NCBI RefSeq assembly: GCF_009914755.1
Contig: NC_060933.1
Source: the human T2T-CHM13v2.0 reference genome, Homo sapiens
Direction: 5' to 3' (one strand)
Length of the DNA stretch: 64,000 nucleotides
How positions within the stretch are numbered: the first letter of the stretch is position 1; each line of letters starts with the position of its first letter. A program made the translations under genes and the position numbers. Positions 54,850 through 64,000 of this stretch are shown here, piece after piece. Under the pieces are notes generated by a model. It was not told the origin of the DNA and did not search any database. It saw nothing but the letters and a program-made list of their open reading frames with translations.

Positions 54850-57800
54850 CGAGTAGAATGGAAAGGAATGGAATGGAATGGAAACTAATAGAATGGAATC
54901 AACCCGAGTGGAATGGAATGGAAAGGACTGGAATGGAAAGGAATGGAATGGAATGGAATGGAATGGAATGGAATGGAATGGAATCAACGCGAGTGCAGGG
55001 GAATGGAATGGAATCGAATAGAATGGAATGGAATGGAATGGAATCAACCCGAGTGCAATGGAATGGAGTGGAATGGAATGGAATGGAATGGAACAACCCG
55101 AATGGAATGGAATGTAATGGAGAGTAAGGGAGTTGAAAAGAATCAATCCGAATGTAATGGAATGGAATGGAACGGAATGGAATGGAATGGAATGGAATGG
55201 AATGCAATGGAATGGAATCAACCCGAGTACAATGGAATGGAATGGAATGGAATGGAATGGAATGGAATGGAATGCAATGGAATGGAATCTTCCGGAATGG
55301 AATGGAATGGAATGGAATGGAATGGAATGGAATGGAATGGAATGGAATGCAATGGATTCAACTCGATTGCAATGGAATGGAATAGAATGGAATGGAATGG
55401 AATGGAATGGAATTAAACCGAATAGAATGGAATGGAATGGAATGGAACGGAACGGAACGGAACGGAACGGAACGGAACGGAGTGGAATGGAATGGAATGG
55501 AATTGTATGGAATGGAATGGCATGGTACGGAATAGAATGGAATGGAAAGAATTGGAATGGAATGGAATCGAATGGAATGGAATGGAATGGAATGGAATCA
55601 ACCCGAGTGCAGGGGAATGTAATGGAACGGAATGCAATGGAATGGAATCATCCGGAATGGAATGGAATGGAATGGAAGGGAATGGAATGGAATGGAATGG
55701 AATCAACCCGAGTGCAATGGAATGGAGTGGAACGGAATGGAATGGAATGGAACAACCCGAATGGAATGGAATGTAATGGAGAGTAAGGGAGTTGAATAGA
55801 ATCAATCCGAATGTAATGGAATGGAACGGAATGGAATGGAATGGAATGGAATGGAATGCAATGGAATGGAATCAACCCGAGTACAATGGAATGGAATGGA
55901 ATGGAATGGAATGGCATGGAATGGAATGGAGTGATACGGAATAGAATGGAATGGAACGAAATGGAATGGAATGGAATGGAATGGAATGGAATGGAGTGGA
56001 ATCGTTCCGAGTGGAATAGCAGGGAATGTATTCGAGTGGAATGGAAAGGAATGGAATCAACCAGAGTAGAATGGAAGGGAATGGAATGGAATGGAAACTA
56101 ATAGAATGGAATCAACCCGAGTGGAATGGAATGGAAAGGACTGGAATGGAAAGGAATGGAATGGAATGGAATGGAATGGAATGGAATGGAATGGAATCAA
56201 CGCGAGTGCAGGGGAATGGAATGGAATGGAATGGAATGGAATGGAATGGAATGGAATCAACGCGAGTGCAGGGGAATGGAATGGAATCGAATGGAATGGA
56301 ATGGAATGGAATGGAATTAACCCGAGTGCAGGGGAATGTAATGGAACGGAATGCAATGGAATGGAATCATCCGGAATGGAATGGAATGGAATGGAATGGA
56401 ATCAACCCGAGTGCAATGGAATGGAGTGGAATGGAATGGAATGGAATGGAACAACCCGAATGGAATGGAATGTAATGGAGAATAAGGGAGTTGAAAAGAA
56501 TCAATCCGAATGTAATGGAATGGAATGGAACGGAACGGAATGGAATGGAATGGAATGGAATGCAATGGAATGGAATCAACCCGAGTACAATGGAATGGAA
56601 TGGAATGGAATGGAATGGAATGGAATGGAATGGAATGCAATGGAATGGAATCTTCCGGAATGGAATGGAATGGAATGGAATGGAATGCAATGGAATGGAA
56701 TGGAATGCAATGGATTCAACTCGATTGCAATGGAATGGAATAGAAAGGAATGGAATGGAATGGAATGGAATTATACCGAATAGAATGGAATGGAATGGAA
56801 TGGAACGGAACGGAACGGAACGGAACGGAACGGAACTGAACGGAGTGGAATGGAATGGAATGGAATTGTATGGAATGGAATGGCATGGTACGGAATAGAA
56901 TGGAAGGGAAAGAATTGGAATGGAATGGAATCGAATGGAATGGAATGGAATGGAATGGAATGGAATCAACCCGAGTGCAGGGGAATGTAATGGAACGGAA
57001 TGCAATGGAATGGAATCATCCGGAATGGAATGGAATGGAATGGAATGGAATGGAATGGAATGGAATGGAATCAACCCGAGTGCAATGGAATTGAGTGGAA
57101 TGGAATGGAATGGAATGGAACAACACGAATGGAATGGAATGTAATGGAGAGTAAGGGAGTTGAAAAGAATCAATCCGAATGTAATGGAATGGAATGGAAC
57201 GGAACGGAATGGAATGGAATGGAATGGAATGCAATGGAATGGAATCAACCCGAGTACAATGGAATGGAATGGAATGGAATGGAATGGAATGGAATGGAAT
57301 GCAATGGAATGGAATCATCCGGAATGGAATGGAATGGAATGCAATGGAATGGAATGGAATGGAATCAACCCGAGTGCAATGGAATGGAGTGAAATGGAAT
57401 GGAATGGAATGGAAACAACCAGAATGGATTGGAATATAATGGAGTGTAAGGGAATTGAATAGAATAAATCTGAATGTAATGAAATGGAATGGAACGGAAT
57501 GGAATGGAATGGAATGGAATGGAATGGAATGGAATGGAATCAACTCGATTGCAATCGACTGGAATGGAATGGAATTAACCCGAATAGAATGGAATGGAAT
57601 GGAATGGAATGGAACGGAATGGAATGGAATGGAATGGAATGGAATGGAACGGAAAGGAATGGAATGCAATGGAATGGAATGGAATGGAATGGAATCAACG
57701 CGAGTGCAGGGGAATGGAATGGAATCCAATGGAATGGAAAGGAATGGAATGGAATCAACCCGAGTGCAGGGGAATGTAATAGAACGGAATGCAATGGAAT

Positions 57801-60800
57801 GGAATCATCCGGAATGGAATGGAATGGAATGGAATGGAATCAACCCGAGTGCAATGGAATGGAGTGGAATGGAATGGAATGGAATGGAACAACCCGAATG
57901 GAATGGAATGTAATGGAGAGTAAGGGAGTTGAAAAGAATCAATCCGAATGTAATGCAATGGAATGGAACGGAATGGAATGGAATGGAATGGAATGGAATG
58001 GAATGCAATGGAAAGGAATCAACCCGAGTACAATGGAATGGAATGGAATGGAATGGAATGGAATGGAATGGAATGGAATGGAATGCAATGGAATGGAATC
58101 TTCCGGAATGGAATGGAATGGAATGGAATGGAATGGAATGGAATGGAATGCAATGGATTCAACTCGATTGCAATGGAATGGAATAGAATGGAATGGAATG
58201 GAATGGAATTAAACCGAATAGAATGGAATGGAATGGAATGGAACGGAACAGAACGGAACGGAACGGAACGGAGTGGAATGGAATGGAATGGAATTGTATG
58301 GAATGGAATGGAATGGTACGGAATACAATGGAATGGAAAGAATTGGAATGGAATGGAATCGAATGGAATGGAATGGAATGGAATGGAATCAACCCGAGTG
58401 CAGGGGAATGTAATGGAACGGAATGCAATGGAATGGAATCATCCGGAATGGAATGGAATGGAATGGAATGGAATGGAATCAACCTGAGCGCAATGGAATG
58501 GAGTGAAATGGAATGGAATGGAATGGAGACAACCAGAATGGATTGCAATATAATGGAGTGTAAGGGAATTGAATAGAATCAATCTGAATGTAATGAAATG
58601 GAATGGAACGGAATGGAATGTAATGTAATGGAATGGAATGGAATGCAATGGAATGGAATCAACCCGAGTGCAATGGAATGGAATCGAATGGAATGCAATG
58701 CAATGGAATGGATTCAACTTGAATGGAATGGAAAGAATGGAATCAACACGAGTGGAATGGCATGGATTGTAATGGAATGGAATGGAATCAACCCGAGTAT
58801 AGGGGAATGGAATGGAATGGAATGCAATGCAATGGAATCATCCGTAATGGAATGGAAAGGAATGGAATGGAATGGAATGGAATGGAATGGAATGGAATGG
58901 AATCAACTCGATTGTAATCGAATGGAATGGAATGGAATTAACCCGAATAGAATGGAATGGAATGGAATGGAACGGAACGGAATGGAATGGAATGGAATGG
59001 AATGGAATGGAACGGAAAGGAAGGGAATGGAATGGCATAGAATGGAATGGAATGGAATCAACGCGAGTGCAGGGGAATGGAATGGAATGGAATGCAATGG
59101 ATTGGAATCTTCCGGAATGGAATGGAATGGAATGGAATGGAATGGAATGGAATGGAATCAACCCGAGTGCAATGGAATGGAGTGGAATGGAATGGAATGG
59201 AAGGGAACATACCGAATGGAATGGAATGTAATGGAGAGTAAGGGAGTTGAATAGAATCAATCCGAATGTAATGGAATGGAATGGAACGGAATGGATTTGA
59301 ATGGAATGGAATGGAATGCAATGGAATGGAATCAACCCGAGTGCAATGGAACGGAGAGGAATGGAATGGAATGGAATGGAAACTACCCGAATGGAATGGA
59401 ATGTAATGGAGTGTAAGGGAATTGAATAGAATCAATCCGAATGTAATGGAATGGAATGGAACGGAATGGAATGGAATGGAATGGAATGGAATGGAATGGA
59501 ATGCAATGGAATGGAATCAACCCGAGTGCAATCGAATGGAATCGAATGGAATGGAATGCAATGGAATGGATTCAACTTGAATGGAATGGAAAGAATGGAA
59601 TCAACACGAGTGGAATGGCATGGAATGGAATGGAATGGAATGGAATGGAATGGAATCAACCCAAGTACAGGGGAATGGAATGGAATGGAATGCAATGGAA
59701 TGGAATCATCCGCAATGGAATGGAAAGGAATGGAATGGAATGGAATGGAATGGAATCAACTCGATTGCAATCGAATGGAATGGAATGGAATTAACCCGAA
59801 TAGACTGGAATGGAATGGAATGGAACGGAACGTAATGGAATGGAATGGAATGGAATGGAATGGAACGGAACGGAAGGGAATGGAATGGAATGGAATGGAA
59901 TGGAATGGAATCAACGTGACTGCAGGGGAATGGAATGGAATGGAATGCAATGGAATGGAATCTTCCGGAAAGGAATGGAATGGAATGGAATGGAATGAAA
60001 TGCAATGGATTCAACTCGATTTCAATGGAATGGAATAGAATGGAATGGAATGGAATGGAATGGAATTAATCCGAATAGAATGGAATGGAATGGAATGGAA
60101 TGGAATGGAATGGAACGGAACGGAATGGAATGGAATGGAATGGAATGGAATGGAATGGAATGGTATGCAATGGAATGGAATGGTACGGAATAGAATGGAA
60201 TGGAACGAATTGTAATGGAATGGAATTGAATGGAATGGAATGGAATGCAATGGAATGGAATGGAATCAACGCGAGTGCAGGGGAATGTAATGGAACGGAA
60301 CGCAATGGAATGGAATCATCCGGAATGGAATGGAATGGAATGGAATGGATTGGAATGGAATGGAATCAACCCGAGTGCAATGGAATGGAGTGGAATGGAA
60401 TGGAATGGAATGGAAAAACCCGAATGGAATGGAATGAAATGGAGAGTAAGGGAGTTGAATAGAATCAATCCGAATGTAATGGAATGGAATGCAACGGAAT
60501 GGAATGGAATGGAATGGAATGGAATGGAATGGAATGGAATGGAATGCAAAGGAATGGAATCAACCCGAGTACAATGGAATGGAATGGAATGGAATGGAAT
60601 GGAATGGAATGGAATGGATTGGAATACCTTCAAACCGAATGGAATGGAAAGGAATGGAATCAACACGAGTGGAATGGAATGGAATGGAATGGAATGGAAT
60701 GGAATGGCATGGAATGGAATGGAATGATACGGAATAGAATGGAATGGAACGAAATGGAATGGAATGGAATGGAATGGAATGGAATGGAATGGAATGGAAT

Positions 60801-62000
60801 CGTTCCGAGTGGAATAGGAGGGAATGTATTCGAGTGGAATGGAAAGGAATATAATCAACCAGAGTAGAATGGAATGGAATGGAATGGAATGGAAACTAAT
60901 AGAATGGAATCAACCCGAGTGGAATGGAATGGAAAGGACTGGAATGGAAAGGAATGGAATGGAATGGAATGGAATGGAATGGAATGGAATGGAATGGAAT
61001 CAACGCGAGTGCAGGGGAATGGAATGGAATCGAATGGAATGGAATGGAATGGAATGGAATCAACCCGAGTGCAGGGGAATGTAATGGAACGGAATACAAT
61101 GGAAAGGAATCATCCGGAATGGAATGGAATGGAATGGAATGGAATGGAATCAACCCGAATGCAATGGAATGGAGTGGAATGGAATGGAATGGAATGGAAC
61201 AACCCGAACGGAATGGAATGTAATGGAGAGTAAGGGAGTTGAAAAGAATCAATCCGAATGTAATGGAATGGAATGGAACGGAATGGAATGGAATGGAATG
61301 GAATGGAATGGAATGGAATGGAATGCAATGGAATGGAATCAACCCGAGTACAATGGAATGGAATGGAATGGAATGGAATGGAATGGAATGGAATGGAATG
61401 GAATGCAATGGAATGGAATCTTCCAGAATGGAATGGAATGGAATGGAATGGAATGGAATGTAATGCAATGGATTCAACTCGATTGCAATGGAATGGAATA
61501 GAATGGAATGGAATGGAATGGAATGGAATTAAACCGAATAGAATGGAATGGAATGGAATGGAACGGAACAGAACGGAACGGAACGGAACGGATTGGAATG
61601 GAATGGAATGGAATTGTATGGAATGGAATGGAATGGTACGGAATAGAATGGAATGGAAAGAATAGGAATGGAATGGAATCGAATGGAATGGAATGGAATG
61701 GAATGGAATCAACCCGAGTGCAGGGGAATGTAATGGAACGGAATGCAATGGAATGGAATCATCCGGAATGGAATGGAATGGAATGGAATGGAATGGAATG
61801 GAATGGAATGGAATCAACCCGAGCGCAATGGAATGGAGTGGAATGGAATGGAATGGAATGGAGCAACCCGAATGGAATGGAATGTAATGGAGAGTAAGGG
61901 AGTTGAATAGAATCAATCCGAATGTAATGGAATGGAACGGAATGGAATGAAGTAGAATGGAATGGAATGGAATGGAATGCAATGGAATGGAATCAACCCG
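54850..62000 (+). repeat. Distinct sub-lineage of ~0.7-1.4-kb modules marked by GTTGAAAAGAATC
   Basis: TTGAAAAGAATC at 55133, 56491, 57160, 57929, 61239. Also TTAAACCGAATAG, GGAATTGTATGG and GGAAAGAATTGG, which are absent from the left half. Confidence 0.72.
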
Positions 62001-64000
62001 AGTACAATGGAACGGAATGGAATGTAATGTAATGTAATGTAATGGAATGGAATGGAATGGAATGGAATGGAATCAACCCGAGTGCAATGGAATGGAGAGG
62101 AATGGAATGGAATGGAATGGAAACTACCCGAATGGAATGGAATGTAAGGGAGTGTAAGGGAATTGAATAGAATCAATCCGAATGGAATGGAATGGAATGG
62201 AACGGAATGCAATGTAATGGAATGGAATGGAGTCAACCCGAGTGCAGGGGAATGGAATGGAATGGAATGCAATGGAATGGAATCATCCGGAATGGAATGG
62301 AATGGAATGCAATGGAGTGGTATGGAATGGAATGGAATCAACCTGAGTGCAATGGAATGGATTGAAATGGAATGGAATGGAATGGAGACAACCAGAATGG
62401 ATTGCAATATAATGGAGTGTAAGGGAATTGAATAGAATCAATCTGAATGTAATGAAATGGAATGGAACGGAATGGAATGGAATGGAATGGAATGGAATGG
62501 AATGGAATGGAATGCAATGGAATGGAATCAACCCGAGTGCAATCGAATGGAATCTAATGGAATGGAATGCAATGGAATGGATTCAACTTGAATGGAATGG
62601 AAAGAATGGAATCAACACGAGTGGAATGGGATGGATTGGAATGGAATGGAATGGAATCAACCCGAGTATAGGGGAATGGAATGGAATGGAATGCAATGGA
62701 ATGGAATCATCCGTAATGGAATGAAAAGGAATGGAATGGAATGGAATGGAATGGAATGGAATGGAATCAACTCGATTGCAATCAAATGGAATGGAATGGA
62801 ATTAAGCGAATAGAATGGAATGGAATGGAATGGAACGGAACGGAATGGAATGGAATGGAATGGAATGGAATGGAATGGAACGGAAAGGAAGGGAATGGAA
62901 TGGAATAGAATGGAATGGAATGGAATCAACGCGAGTGCAGGGGAATGGAATGGAATGGAATCAACGCGAGTGCAGGGGAATGGAATGGAATGGAATGCAA
63001 TGGAATGGAATCTTCCGGAATGGAATGGAATGGAATGGAATGGAATGGAATGGAATCAACCCGAGTGCAATGGAATGGAGTGGAATGGAATGGAATGGAA
63101 TGGAACAACCCGAATGGAATGGAATGGAATGGAGAGTAAGGGAGTTGAATAGAATAAATCCGAATGGAATGGAATGGAATGGAATGGAATGGAATGGAAT
63201 GGAATGATACGGAATAGAATGGAATGGAACGAAATGGAATGGAATGGAATGGAATGGAATGGAATGGAATGGAATGGAATGGAATCGTTCTGAGTGGAAT
63301 AGGAGGGAATGTATTCGAGTGGAATGGAAAGGAATGGAAAAAACCTGAGTGGAATGGAAGGGAATGGAATGGAAAGGAAACTAATAGAATGGAATCAACC
63401 CGAGAGGAATGGAATGGAAAGGACTGGAATGGAATGGAATGGAATGGAATCAACTCGATTGAATTGGAATGGAATGGAATGGAATGGAATGGAATGGAAT
63501 GGAATGGAATGGAATGGAATTAACCCAAATACAATGCAATGGAATGGAATGGAACGGAATGGAGTGGAATCGAATGGAATCAACCCGAGTGCAGGGGAAT
63601 GGAATGGAATGGAATGCAATGGAATGGAATCATCCGGAATGGAATGGAATGGAATGGAATGCAAAGCAATGGAATCAACTCGATTGCAATGGAATGGAAT
63701 GGAATGGAAAGGAATACATTGGAATCAACCCGAGTGGAATGGAATGGAAAGGACTGGAATGGAGTGGAATGGAATGGAATGGAATGGAATGGAATCAACT
63801 CGATTGGAATGGAATGGAATGGAATGGAATGGAATGGAATGGAATGGAATTAATCCGAATAGAATGGAATGGAATGGAATGGAACGGAACGGAATGGAAT
63901 GGAATGGAATGGAATGCAATGGAAACAACCCGACTGCAGGGGAATGGAATGGAATGGAATGCAATGGAATGGATTAAACTTGAATGGAATGGAAAGAATG

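Larger units (their letters stand above)
1..64000 (+). repeat. Classical satellite III (HSat3-type) array, (GGAAT)n with interspersed CAACCCGA(G/A)T-type decamers; pericentromeric heterochromatin
   Basis: GGAAT pentamer dominates every line. Runs are interrupted by CAACCCGAGT, CAACTCGATT, CAACGCGAGT, CAACACGAGT and TAACCCGAAT, matching the established satellite III consensus CAACCCGA(A/G)T(GGAAT)n. It lacks the dense CATTCGATTC/GAATCATC character of HSat2. Single orientation throughout. Confidence 0.97.

Noticed and set aside
3-63977. Hundreds of overlapping ORFs (MEWNG and FHSIP repeats), up to 470 aa (52953-54365) and 402 aa (45541-46749)
   Set aside because: (GGAAT)n and (ATTCC)n have no stop codon in any frame, and ATG occurs every 5 bp on the + strand. 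ORFs overlap in all six frames and indels are 5-bp rather than codon-sized. Not genes.
1-64000. CRISPR-like alternation of conserved words and intervening segments
   Set aside because: The intervening segments are GGAAT runs of variable length rather than unique fixed-length spacers. There is no leader and no cas gene.
1-64000. Assignment to a specific chromosome or HSat3 subfamily (e.g. 9q12)
   Set aside because: Requires subfamily k-mer classification or alignment to T2T assemblies, which I cannot run.
1-64000. Inversions, transposon insertions, telomeric repeats, canonical G-quadruplexes
   Set aside because: I saw no ATTCC-oriented tract, non-satellite segment, poly(A) tail or TTAGGG array. 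GGG/GGGG tracts are isolated rather than in clusters of four.

Overview
The whole 64 kb is one uninterrupted classical satellite III array (human/hominoid HSat3 type): (GGAAT)n on the + strand, punctuated by diagnostic words such as CAACCCGAGT, CAACTCGATT, CAACGCGAGT and TAACCCGAAT. I see no strand switch, no Alu/L1 or other insertion, no RNA gene and no credible gene. All listed ORFs (MEWNG/FHSIP repeats) arise because the pentamer has no stop codon. I found no gene-encoded novel system. The information lies in the array's internal structure. A fixed vocabulary of landmark words forms nested periods (~175 bp, ~0.86 kb, ~2.7 kb, ~3.5-3.8 kb). On top of these sit recent duplications (a ~14.1-kb near-identical repeat with a visible chimeric junction near 8.5 kb, plus 2.4, 2.65 and 3.5 kb tandems) and older dispersed ones (~12.7, ~9.7, ~5.8-6.1 and ~3.3-3.9 kb offsets). 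The left side is young and homogeneous and the right side is more diverged and mosaic. The most function-relevant observation is that one recurrent word, GGAATCTTCCGGAAT (~49 copies by eye), is a perfect three-unit heat-shock element. All counts and coordinates were read by eye, so block boundaries are approximate. Chromosome and HSat3 subfamily cannot be assigned without a database.
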